Assembly: GCA_043228905.1 (NCBI GenBank)
Contig: JBHGNT010000016.1
Coordinates: 5,828,001 to 5,892,000, forward strand
DNA: 64,000 nt
Direction of reading: 5' to 3'
Origin: Azolla caroliniana
Taxonomy: Eukaryota; Plantae; Polypodiophyta
Both the position numbers and the translations under genes were made by a program. Shown piece after piece: positions 44,675 to 56,755 of this stretch. Below the pieces are notes generated by a model. That model ran no database searches, was not told where the DNA came from, and saw only the letters and a list, made by a program, of their open reading frames with translations. The stretch's first letter is position 1, and each line of letters opens with the position of its first letter.

Positions 44675-46579
44675 TCGTCTCATCTAGATTTAGGATTGGA
44701 CGGCTATTGGCGAATGTCATGCAGAATACCTCCCAACTCACCGGCAAGCTCGATAGAAGGGCAAGGGCTTTAACTTCTTCTTCAAAGTTGATCCCTTGTG
44801 AGGTGTTAATGTGCTAGGTGGTCGGATCGGTCTCTCTCATCTTCATGTTGAATAGTTGTCTGATTAATATTAGTTTTGATTTTTAGGACTTTTTCTCGTA
44901 TACAGCTTGTAACTTCTCCCACAGTGAGAACGTTGCCGTCTCTTTTGCCATGCTGAAGTAGACGTTTTCGGCTAGGTGCATCCGAATGGTGGAGCGAGTG
45001 ATTTCATCTATTGATCTCCACTCTTCGGCTGACATTGAAGCAATCTTTTCGCTGTGCCGGATGGCTTTGACGTGTCTTTGAATAATCAACACGTCCTGCA
45101 TCATCTCCTTCCATAGGGCAAAGTTTTTGCCGTCGAACTTTCCGGATGTTGAAGCCATGTTCTTTATGGAATTGTGATGCACTAACCTAGTCTTTTCTCT
45201 CTCAGCTTTTCTGTTGTTTGTTGCCACCAAACAATAGGTCGCTTTGATACTAGTTGTCGGTTGTTGTGTTCTGAATGTAGCGAAAGTATGTGAGGACTTC
45301 TCGGTTATGTATAGCAGACAACACAGATAGTATGACAGAGGAAACGGTAGATAGACAAGCTCGAAGCTTTAATGGAAGCTGTCGTTATTTCCGTTCTCTC
45401 TCTCTCTCTACAAGAATCAAGATACAAGAATGATCAAGTAGCCTGTATTACAATGTTAGGTTAGGACTTATATACTCAAGCCCTAACTATTGCACGTGTT
45501 CACACTAGTAAGGATACAAAGCGGAAGGAGTCGGCCTTTTATGCCAACAGTATGAATATAAGGCCTAACAGTATACCCTTATACAAGACATTATGTCGAA
45601 AGGCTAAGGTCTTGAGATACCAATGGTGCACACTAGGCTTTCATCACAACAATTGTGTTACCTATTCCAAGGTATCAGTCATTTTGATATATGTCAAGAT
45701 GGGGATGTTAGTGGTAGTTTGGTTATGTCTTGATGACAACTTTGGGGTGGTAAGGACAATTATACATTTATGCAACTCTTGCTGAAATTGTCGTTTATAT
45801 TGTTTACATAAGGATCCTCCATGACCATGAACATTCTAGGAAATAATCTTCATAGTTATACAAATTTGTGCACTAACCTTTTTTCTTTCAAGCACCTATT
45901 CTTGTCTTCTTGTGACTTCATCATTCTTTGAAAAGATATGTAATCTTTACTAAAGGCATTATCTATTTATGTACTCTACAAGTCCACATCCTACTATCAT
46001 GTCCTTGAAAATTTTGTATACTAAGTCCGCGGAAGTTCTCCAATTAGCAGCATCCTTCATGAAAGGATTTTGATCCTTTGGCAAGTGCTTGGACATGGAT
46101 CTTGTCCATATCCCATCATTAGGAGGCAATGGTCCAATGATAATATTTGATTTTTAGTTTGCACTTCCCCCACAACCTCCTGCCCATACATCATTGCAAG
46201 AACGTTTATTGGAATGATAGATTGCTCTCCATATAAACCACTTTACGGTTACATCCTTCCTGATGCCCGTTATTGTATGTCTCGACATCTAAATTAGGAT
46301 AACTCGATCTTGATTGTATTTCTTGCACAATCTCCTTGCTAGGACATATATTGCCAGGTACTTGCCTTTTCCCCAAATCTTTCATTAACTGAGTTTGTCT
46401 GTCTCCTACATTGGTTAGCAAATTAAAATATATTATGTTTCTTAGGTTGCCATTTGGATGTATCATGGCTAGTCTTTTTTACCATCCGTCTTCTAACAAA
46501 CTGAACCCAAGGACCCATGATGCTTGTTTGCGAGACATCATGAACATCTATTTGAGCTTTTCTTGATAATGAACATTTC

Positions 46580-49500
46580 TGTTGAGGGACAAGCTCAACA
46601 TGGGCCGAATCGGTTAAATAAGCCGAAAGCCGTATCGGTTGGTAACCGAATCGACTGGCCATTAGGAGTCTATATTCCTATTTTAGTAATAAGAATATTA
46701 TAGGTTGTTAGTGTCAAGCTCATTTATGAGCATTAAAGTACCGATAGTACTTGTGTCAGCCCACTTGTCAGGGCTTGTATAAAAAGTGCTCATTGAGCAC
46801 ATTGTATGTACAAAAAACATTTTGTACTAGAAGGTTGTTGTCGTCTGCTCTGTCTCTCTCTCACTGTGTATCCATTCTCTATGTTTACCTAATTGTCCAG
46901 TTTCTGAATAACCAATAGTGTACTGTGTGTCTTCCACTTACACTTCCGCACACATATTCTTTTATATGGTATCAGAGTGCGAGGGTTGAGAATCCTCTAC
47001 AATCGTTATGGATACAATGATTATATGGCACATCATTATGTGTATATGTCAAACGTGGCAGAAGTATGTGAGCTCGAGAGCTACGTAGAAGCGACAAAGG
47101 ACGTGAATGGGCGTGTCACTATGGAGGAAGAAATGTGCGTATTGGTGGACAATGAGAGTTGGGGCGTGGCTCACGCCCCCAAGGGTGTGAAGTTGATCGA
47201 ATGCAGGTGGGCGTACAAGGTCAAGTACAACGCTGACTACACCATCAACTTATATAAGGCCCGATTGGTGGCAAAGGGCTATGTGCAACAACATGGCATT
47301 GATAACGATGAGCCGTTTGCGCCGGTTGCAAAGATGACGATCGTCTGTGTTTAGCTAGCGGTAGTCGCGGCGTAGGGGTGACACTTACATCAGATGGATG
47401 TAAAGAATGCGTTCTTTCAAGGCGAGCTTCAGGAACAAGTGTACATGGTGCAACCCCTCAGATTTCTATCTGAGTGAAACACATCAGCTGTTTGCCGACT
47501 GAAGAAATCACTATATGGACATAAGCAAGCCTCGCGTACCTGGAACGCAAAGATCATGCAGAGATTACGTCAAATGGGGTTTGCTTTGTCAAAGTCGGAC
47601 TCTTCATTGTTCATTCAGCAGAGTCAAACCAAACCAATTAGCATTTTTCTATATGTCGATGATTTAGTCATTGCTGGTGCGAACCTAGAAAAAATGGCTG
47701 AGTCAAGTCTCAGCTAACAACATCATTCGAAATTGTTGAGCGAGCAAGCTCAACCGGATCCGGATCGGCATCCAGAAGGATGAGCCGGATCGGTATCCAG
47801 AAGGATGAGCCAGATCGGTATCCGAAAACAACCGGCCGGATCGGGGAGACGGATCGGAGAGCCGGATTCGAGCAGGAACCGGAAGCCTTGTAGTAGCCTA
47901 GACTACTAGGTAATCATTGTCTCGTAGTTAGTGTCAGTCGCACATAGGAACATTGAAGTACCTATCAGTACTTCTGTCAGTCCTTTATGGACTTGTATAA
48001 ATAGTGTTGTTTAGCACGTTGTATGTATAGAGTTTTTAGAGTGTTATTTTGAATTTGAGTTTATGTTTTGCTCTCTGTCTCTGTCTCTGTCTCTGTCTCT
48101 GTCTCTCTGTCTCTCCCACACGTATTCTCTGTGTGATTAAACTACTCCATTAAACCTTCATCTTATTCTTTGCTGCTATCCGGCTGAGCTAATTTTGTCT
48201 AACGCTTCCACACGTTAACATCTACAGAAATGAAGGACTTGGGAAACCTTCATTACTTCCTTGGGATCGAAGTGATCCACACCCCCGAAGGCATATTGAT
48301 CAACCAACATCATTATGTGTTGAACATGCTCTTCAAGTTTGGGACGATGGATTGTAAATATGTCTCAACTCCTCTAGATAGAAATATGAAGCTTCACCCC
48401 GAATCCGGGAAGGCATGCGACCCAACATGGATCCGACGGATAGTCAGAAGCCTCATTTACTTGACCATCACTCGGTCGGACCTCAGCTATCCGGTCGGAT
48501 TGATTAGTCAATTCATGTTGCAGCCGAAGACCGAACACCTTCAGTGCGCACAAAGGATCTTATGATATATAAGTGGCACTAAGGACAAGGCATGTTGTAT
48601 TAGATTGGGGTAGCCGAACAATTAGTTGGCTACACAGATGTCAATTGGGCTGGAAATGCTGACGATCGTAGGTCAACATCAGGTTTTGCATTCTCATTGG
48701 AAAGTGTCGCGATCTCCTAAAGCAACAAGAAGCAACAGATAGTAGCAATGTTGAGGACCGAGGCTGAATTTCGAGGAGTGGTTGTCATTACATGCGAAGC
48801 CATATGGCTGAAGCGGCTACTGAAGGATCTGCGGGTGGAGGTTGTCGATTCGACAATGATCTACTGCGACATCATCAACAGAATCCAGCTAGCCAAGAAC
48901 CTTGTTTTCCATGCCCGGACAAAGCACATCGAGGTGCACTATCATTTTGTGTGAGAACGAGTCCTCTGAGGTGCACTATATGTTCCGATGAATCGGCAGG
49001 TCGCCGATATCTTCACCAAACCTCTTGGCCTAGACAAGTTGTGGCATTTTTCGAGCCTGCTTGGCATACAACACCTTGACATGCCGAACTTGAAGGGGAG
49101 GAATGAGAACGAGAATGAGAGGGAGGAGAGAGATGAAGTCTGAAAAAACTGAATCAGGTGAAGAATTCGATTTCGGAACAACTGAAGAAGTTGGAACATT
49201 CAGTTCGGCTGGAGAAGCCGAGGTCATGTGGACATATGGAAGAAGATTGGCTAAGTGGAGACTAGTGAAATGCAAGGGGAGCAACCGAAAGAACAAGTCA
49301 AAGCCAGAGCCATTCGAACAAGGGGGAGGTAGAGCCGAGAAAGGCAAGGCAGGTGGTAGAGCCAAGAAGTGTAGAGCCGACCTGAAGATAAAGGCCAAGA
49401 CCAGGACATGGTCGGATGTGGTCAAGGGCCGGAAGGAGGACGAATTGGAGATAACCAATTCGCACAAGAGCGGGAACGAATTAGAGATAGCCGATTCGAT

Positions 49501-50192
49501 CGAGAAGTGTGATTTGGAAGAACCGAATTGCATGAAGGCCAAGTGGACAACGAGGCAACCAAAGCCGACGTAGAGGCGGAGGAGCCATTAGGTCGAGGGG
49601 CACCAATACCGCAACATGGAGGGAGCTGACAAGGGCATGGGTAGCAGACAAGCCAACCGAGCAGGTCCAGGAGTGCGGAACCAGAGCGGTCATAGGACGC
49701 GGAACTGGACCAGACGAGGAGCACGAGCGAGGCGTCGGGACGCTAGGAGGAGCTGGAACGATGGACTAGCCAGAGCTGACACGACGAGACCTCAAGTTGA
49801 GCTTGAGGGGGAGTGTTGAGAGACAAACTCGACATGGGCCAAATTAGTTGAATAAGCTAAATGCCGAATCGGTTGGTAAACCGAATCGACTGGCCATTAG
49901 GGGTCTATATTCCTATTTTAGTAATAGGAATATTATAGGATGTTAATGCCAGGCTCATTCATGAGCATTAAAGTACTGATAGTACTTGTGTCAGCCCACT
50001 TGTTAGGGCTTGTATAAAAAGTGCTCACTGAGCACATTGTATGTACAAACAACATTTTGTAATAGAAGTTTGGTATCTGCTCTCTCTCACTGTGTATCCA
50101 TTCTCTGTGTTTACCTAACTGTCGAGTTTCCGAACAACCGATTGTGTACTATGTGTCTTCTGCTTACGCTACCGCACACATATTCTTTGACA
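46580..50192 (+). mobile_element. Ty1/copia element B, internally deleted (no gag/PR/INT), degenerate RT-RNase H
   Basis: LTRs 46580-46966 and 49814-50192. PBS TGGTATCAGAG at 46967, PPT AGGGGGAG at 49806-49813, TSD ATTTC/ATTCC. RT motifs YKARLVAKGY and MKDLGNLHYFLGIEV; RNase H FHARTKHIEVHYHFV. Confidence 0.92.
47734..48226 (+). mobile_element. Solo LTR (493 bp) related to the LTRs of element B, inserted in B's RT
   Basis: TGTTGAG...CTACA with perfect TSD GAAAT. Shares TGTTGAG..CAAGCTCAAC and the CATT.AAGTAC...CTTGTATAAA.AGTG...GCAC.TTGTATGTA block with B's LTRs. Removal restores ...TSFEMKDLG. Confidence 0.9.
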
Positions 50193-50614
50193 ATTCCCTA
50201 GCTAAATGTCCCATTCTTTTACGTAAAAAACATTGATTTGGTAAACCAATTTTTTTTGCTTCTTTCCACATCCCTCATTTTCCAAACAAGGTAACTTCAC
50301 ATATGAAGGCAACGACATCGTGATCCTAATGGCACACGATGGGAAACCTCTTCCAAACTAAATAATTTACACACTTTAGAAGGATCATGAAGAAGATGAG
50401 TTTAGAACTTGACATTTTTTTTTCCGTAAAGATTGTATTTACCACTAGAGCAATTACTAGTGAGTGGCTTATTTTTCGTAGATCCATTGTACATATTAGA
50501 ACTGCATAGAAAACGACTAAAGAAAAACCACATGCATAAAAACCATGGGTGCAAGCCCATGGTTTTGTGCATGCCATAAAACCAGTGGTTTTTTGTAAAG
50601 TAACTATAGTTATC

Positions 50615-53465
50615 TGTTGAGAGATCAAGCTCAACTTAGTTTAGTTAGTTAGTCAACAATGTAACTTCGTAGTTACCTAGATAGAATCTAGTTAGAAGTG
50701 TTGACTATAACGCCTTAAATAGGACCTTGTACTTAAGTGGGATATTCTAGATCCTCCACTCCTAAGTTCATTTAATATAGGACTTACACATTAGTACCTA
50801 TATTCTACTCACACATGTGCACCTTTGCACATGAGATGTATATATACCTCATTGTGGGTATTTTTGGATTTGATGATGATGATAATGCTAATTTAATATA
50901 CTTACTCATCCCCTATCTTGTGTTGTTCATAAGTGTATCTCTCCTCTCTCTCTTCCTCTCACACACATACACACACATATAACATAATCTTCCACACTTA
51001 ACTTAATCACATAATTAGGTACTAATTAACTCTTAATTACTTACCTAATTGTTAACATGGTATCAGAGCGTGTGGTTTAGAAAATCCACTAAGCCCACCC
51101 GACTCTTCGTAATTGTGTGTTCGAAACGTTGACGACAAATTCTGGCTATTGCTACTGTAGTGCCGCTACGTAGCACGTACACGTGATCGAAGGCTGAGAA
51201 ACAAAAGAAGAGAAGACACAATCAACATGAACACAGAAATGGGTAGCTCGCTCCTTAGCGAAAAGCTAGACTGGAGCAATTATTCATCTTGGGAGTACAA
51301 GATGACCCAATACCTCGTCGGCCAAGGGTATTGGAGCTACATCAACGACGCTCAAGAAAATCGACCCGACTCAAAGAACGCCGACTATGCAACATGGGAC
51401 CAAGCGGCAAGTCGAGTCATGTATTGCTTGGCAACATGTGTCCACGACCGCATGCTTAGCCACATTCGAGATGCCAAGATGCCCAAAGAGGCGTGGGAGA
51501 ATCTCAGGAAGATTTTCACCGCCAACACAATTGCCCGAAAGATTCAACTCCGACAAGAGTTGAATAACATTCGGCAAGAAGATATGTCTGTGTCAGACTA
51601 CACCACCAAGATCAAGAGCATTTGCGACTCGCTTGGCTCCATCAAAATAAACGTCGACGAAGATGAGATGGTTCAAGTATGCTTGGGCGGTCTCGCACAA
51701 CGATTCGACTTGTTGAGGACGGCAATCTTGGCGAGAGAAAACCCTCCTTCATTCTTCGACCTCCAATCAATGCTATTGGTTGAAAAGAACCATGTCCAAA
51801 CCAAAAGCAAGACGTCGGAAGGACAAATGTTCTTCTCGAATTCGGATGGTGGCCGAGGAGGAGGTCATGGCGGTAAAAGAGATCAATTCGACCCATCACA
51901 CGAAGGGAACTCAAACCTTCACGAAAGCCATCGAGGAACCTTCGGAAGAAGGGGGAGCTTCCACGCCGAACAAGGTCGGCAAACGAGGCCCGCAACTTGC
52001 AATTATTGCGGCAAAATCGGCCACTACGAGGCGGAGTGTCGGAAAAAGAGAAGCGAGTCGGCTTCGACAAGTCGACAACTCACAAACTACGCATCAAAGT
52101 CCGATTATGACAATCGTAGTGGAATGTTCAGGAATCACGCCACGAATTTCGTAATGAGGCATAGAGCGAACTCTATGACAACCTCCAACTCTGCAAGCAA
52201 CTCCAACTCGGAAGACGTGTGGTTCGTCGATTCCGGTGCCTCACATCACATGACATCTCACAAAGAGTGGTTTCGTGATTTACGAACGCTGGATCGACCC
52301 GGCTTCATAGAGACGGGAGACGACACCACACACCCCATTTGGCACATCGGCAATGTCCCATTCGGGAAAGAAGGCGAGCAAACTTGCATCAAGAATATCT
52401 TGCACGTGCCCACAATAACAAAGAATTTGGTCTCGGTCGGCCAAATTGTGGAGCAAGGCATGCAAGTCCGCTTCAACAAAGAAGGATGTTTCATCGAGAA
52501 AGATGGCCGACTCATAGCGAAGGGGCGGATAGACGGTCGAATGTTCATCCTCGATTCGAACGAGTTGAAATCGGCAATGTACGCCAAAGGTCTCAAAACG
52601 GAGACAAGCATTGGGTTGTGGCACAAGAAAATCGGCCACATAAACCTCCAATAGCTATGAGTGATGCAAACCAAGGGAGTTGTCATCAAACTTCCGACAT
52701 TCGAGTCGAAACGAGTTGACCGAGTATGCAAAGCATGTCAACTCGGCAAACAACATCGACTCCCATTCTCGAATGAGAGCCACGCAAGCAAAGGCCTCCT
52801 CGACGTCATACACTCGGATGTATGGTGACCGACTCAAACGCCAACGATCAACGGATGCTGATACTACGTAACCTTCATCGATGACTACTTGCGCTATGCG
52901 TGCATCTGCCCAATGAAGAAGAAAAGCGAAGTGCTCTCCCACTTCCAAAAGCTCAAGGGGCAAGTTGAAAAAGAAACCGGTCGGCACATTCAATACCTAC
53001 GATTGGATGGAGGCAAGGAGTACTTCTCCGAAAAATTCACCTCCTACCTCCAAAGTGAAGGCATTTGTTGAGAATTCTTGTGCCGATACACCCCCCAACA
53101 AAATGGAGTAGCCGAAAGAAAAAATCGACAAATACTCGAGGTAGCACGCGCCATGATGCATGAGAAGCACATGCCGAACTTCTATTGGGCCAAAGCGGCA
53201 TCCACGACCGTCTATCTCATGAACCGGTGCACCACTAATGGAGTGCATGAGCTAACTCCATACGAGCTCCTCGTCGGAAGGAAGCCGATCCTGTCGCACC
53301 TCAAGGTGTTCGGAAGCATTGTGAATGTACGCATCCTGAACGAACAACGACAGAAGCCCGACGCGATGTCGGAGGAATGTATCCTCATAGGATACTTGTT
53401 TGAGAAGAAGGCGTACAAGTGCTACAACCCTTCTACCTGAGTGGTTCGGGTAAGTCAAGACGTAG
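50615..53465 (+). mobile_element. Ty1/copia element C, 5' portion (LTR, gag-PR-INT), interrupted by gypsy D
   Basis: 5' LTR 50615-51057 (TGTTG...TAACA) and PBS TGGTATCAGAGC. ORF 51227-52654 has copia gag, zinc knuckle CNYCGKIGHYEAEC, protease WFVDSGASHHMT and LWHKKIGH. Integrase (YTPQQNGVAERKN) follows with in-frame stops. The remainder is not seen in the window. Confidence 0.92.
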
Positions 53466-53757
53466 TGTCATGATATGGCAAGACTCGAACCCATGACCTT
53501 ATAGTATATGGGTCGAGCTCTTAACCATCACACCATCTATTGTAATTCGTAGGATATTATTTTCATTTATGTTTTATTATAAGAAATTAATGTATATTCC
53601 AAATTTCTCTGGAACATTCTAGAAGCTTCAGGATTACTCTTGAGAACACTATAAAAGAAGGCACTAGGCATTATGTTGAACCAAATTGGTTCAATGCCAG
53701 TCTTAAGCCTTTTAGCCATTTTGTACTTATCCTTCACATAATATATTGGCTGTTATC

Positions 53758-53798
<41 letters not shown>

Positions 53799-56755
53799 TT
53801 ACGCAGTCCCGTCCTCTTAGTACTAATAGTACTTATCTTCTTTAGTACTAATTCCATCTCTTCTTTAGTACTATTCTTGACAGTTTGAACCAATTTTTCT
53901 CAAGCTTACTTGTCGTTCTCCCTCATCCTCTTACCCTTTTCCCTATACTATGGCTACTGTTAGCGCCCAAGAATATCAATCCGTTTTCTCCAAGCTACAA
54001 TGCCTAAAAGAAAAATTTGTTGCCTTGGAACAAGAAAACCAACGGTTGATAGGGGATCTGCAACAAATCGCTCTAGAAAAACAACAAACGCAACAACAAC
54101 ATGGGGAGTTAGCGTTGTCGTGAAGAAAACCGTCCACAAGCGGAATCGGTGCACCGGAGCGTAGGAACCGGCTCTTCATGCACGTGCGCCTTATGTTGTA
54201 CATAGGAGATCCTAGGCAGGTAGATTCGGTAGGTAGGAAGTAAAGGGGAAACGGCTCCTTCCTTGCCTATAAAAGAGGGAGACGAGGAGGAGGAATGGAT
54301 CGCGAAGTAAGAGAGGACGAAGTGCTGTCGGATTGTGGGCCGAAGGCTTCTCTCTCTTCCAAACTCCATAGCTCCTTTCTGTGCAGGTTTTGGGAGGCTC
54401 GCGCTGCTCTAAGGAATGCCCGAGTGCTTCCGGCAGCACCTCCAACCTACTCCTTTCTTTCTGTGCGTTTACGAACAGGCATCGGCATCTGTTCGCCGGC
54501 CTGTTCGGTTGTAACCGACTTCGTCTTCTTGTTGTTTTGTCTTTGTTAATACATACATACATTCGTGTTTCTCTGTGTCGCTGTCCCACTCGCGCCTTTG
54601 GGTCGAAGGGCCGTGTCCCTGTGGATCTACGCTCGCACGTAGTGGGTCTCTTCTCCTTTCTCTCTTGCTCTTCGGTACAGGACCCCCGAGGTCCCGCCTC
54701 ATTCCACGCATCCGCGAGGAATACCTCGACAACGTTACGGGGTGTAATAACTCGAAGCAACATTGCAACAACAAGGATCAAGTCCCCAAGGATTTCATAA
54801 AGAGCTGAAGATTGGACTTCCTATGAAATTTGATGGAACCCAATCGCAATTCAGGGGATTCCTTAATCAGGTACGATTAGTCATCCAAATGCATCCTTCT
54901 CGATACCCCACTGATGCATCCCGAGTCGGCCTAATAGGCACGTTGCTTAGCGGCTCAGCCTTAGCATGGTTCGCTCCGCTTCTAGAAAAACAACTGCCCT
55001 TGCTTAATAACTTTGAAGATTTTATTAGTGAGTTTAAAGCCTGCTTTGGAGACACCAACAACATTAGGACGAGGATCAACAAGATCCGACGATTGAGTCA
55101 AGGCGATTGTCCAGCCTCTGCGTATGCGGCGGATTTCCGCCTACTCGCTTCAGATATCACCTGGGATGATCAGGCACTAATGGAGCAGTTTCACTATGGC
55201 CTGCGAAACGATGTCAAAGATCTACTTCTAACTTTCCCCGAAGAACCAAAGTCTCTTACGGAGGAAATCAGTCGAGCGGTCCGATGTGACAACCGCCTTT
55301 TCGAACGGCGTTCGGAACGTCAATTACAGATACCACACTTTAGGCCGGAGCCCACTTACGCCTCAGTCGCGGCTAAACCGTTTGCACGAGACATACCTCA
55401 AGCAAATACTTCAACACTGATGGAGATCGATACCATGCGTCGACGTGACCCGTTATCGGAAGAAGAAAAGCAACGACGACGTGCAAATCGATTATGTCTT
55501 TATTGCGGTGGACCAGGGCATATCGCAATCAATTGTCCCCATAGGCCAAGAAGACAGGTAAATCAAATTGTAGCCTGTACTAAACCCGAGTCAATTCTTC
55601 CCTTAGGAGTGTCTGATAGTATTAATAGTACTAATAGAGTGTTTGATAGTATTAATAGTACTAATAGCCCAAGTATCTCAAACAAATTTGATATCCTTAG
55701 TCAATTAGATGAAGAATTAAACGATTGAGTCCAGCCAAAATAGGAGCCGTTTGGTTGGACAACCCTAGATCTTTACAACCCATTAGTGGTTCCATTCCCT
55801 CCAAGCAAGTTAGCAATGTGTTCCTAGCCCAAGTCATGGTTAGTACTAAAAGTACTCCCCCAATACATGTCCTAGCACTTCTAGATTCCGGAGCTAATTC
55901 CTGTTTCATGGATCGAAATTTTGCCCAAGCTTCTCAGATATCCTTAAGAAACCTTCCTTGCCCTGCATTTGTTGTACTCATTGATGGTCGTCCCATTGCT
56001 TCCGAGAATATTGTAGAAGAGTCAGAACCCATTCAAGTTGTCCTAGGTAGTTTTGTGTGTTTAGTAGCATTTAATATAATTAGTAGTCCAGAGCATCCCA
56101 TTGTCCTGGGATTACCTTGGTTTGAATTACATAATCCAGACATAGATTGGAGAACAAGAGAAGTCCGACATCGACAACCCTAAGAATCTACTCATCGATT
56201 TCACTACGTCAATTATGCGAAGAAGGACACAAGGAGGCAATGTTTCTATTTGCAATATCAATACATCCTTCCAGCACTATTAAGGAGGAATCCTTAGTAC
56301 AACTTCCGGTGAAATATCATCCTTATGCTGATGTATTTGACAAGGTAAAAGCCGGTACTCTTCCTCATCATCGTCCCTATGATTGTCCCATCGATCTACA
56401 GCCGGGAGTAGAGCCACCATGGGGACCAATTTACAACTTGTCCCCCACCGAGTTAGAAGTCCTTCGAGCCTACATAGAGGAGAACTTGGTAAGTGGGTTT
56501 ATTCGTCATTCGAAATCTCCGGCCGGTGCACCCATTTTCTTTGTCAAGAAGAAAGATGGCTCACTTCGTCTTGTCGTTGATTACCGTGGCTTAAATAAAG
56601 TCACCATCCGTAATAGGTATGCACTTCCTCTTATATCAAGTCTTTTAGAGCGAGTTAATAGTGCCAAGTTTTTTACAAAGATCGATCTACGAGGAGCGTA
56701 TAACCTCATGCGGATCCGACAGGGAGATGAATGGAAGTCCGCCTTTCGCACGCGG
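53466..56755 (+). mobile_element. Ty3/gypsy chromovirus-type element D (Tcn1/Tf1/sushi-like), 5' portion
   Basis: LTR 53466-53882 (TGTCATGA...TCTTGACA). gag ORF to 55728 with LPMKFDG..FRGFLNQ, ALAWF and CLYCGGPGHIAINC. Protease LLDSGANSCF. RT SPAGAPIFFVKKKDGSLRLVVDYRGLN and KIDLRGAYN, cut at FRTR by insertion F. Clade assignment rests on motif recall only; the chromodomain region is not in the window. Confidence 0.85.
53958..54749 (+). mobile_element. Solo-LTR-like insertion E at the start of D gag
   Basis: GC-richer block with gypsy-like termini TGTTAGCGCCC...GGGGTGTAATA and TATA (CCTATAAAAG, ~54266). It interrupts ATGGCTAC|ACTCGAAGC. No TSD found. Confidence 0.6.

Larger units (their letters stand above)
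38390..45549 (-). mobile_element. Ty1/copia LTR retrotransposon A (degenerate, two nested inserts)
   Basis: 5-bp TSD GTATG (38385-38389 and 45550-45554). 5' LTR 45549-45255. tRNA-Met-type PBS remnant (GCTTTGATACTA at 45241-45252 on +). Domains in copia order: gag (KFDGKNFALWK), protease WLLDSGATFH, integrase, RT (YKARLIVKGF, QIDVKTAFLHG), RNase H (KHIEVRYH). The left LTR shares only ~145 bp (38390-38535). Many stops and frameshifts. Confidence 0.92.

Noticed and set aside
54212-54808. Overlapping ORFs up to 189 aa in insertion E
   Set aside because: Typical of GC-rich LTR sequence with few stop codons; no recognisable domain.
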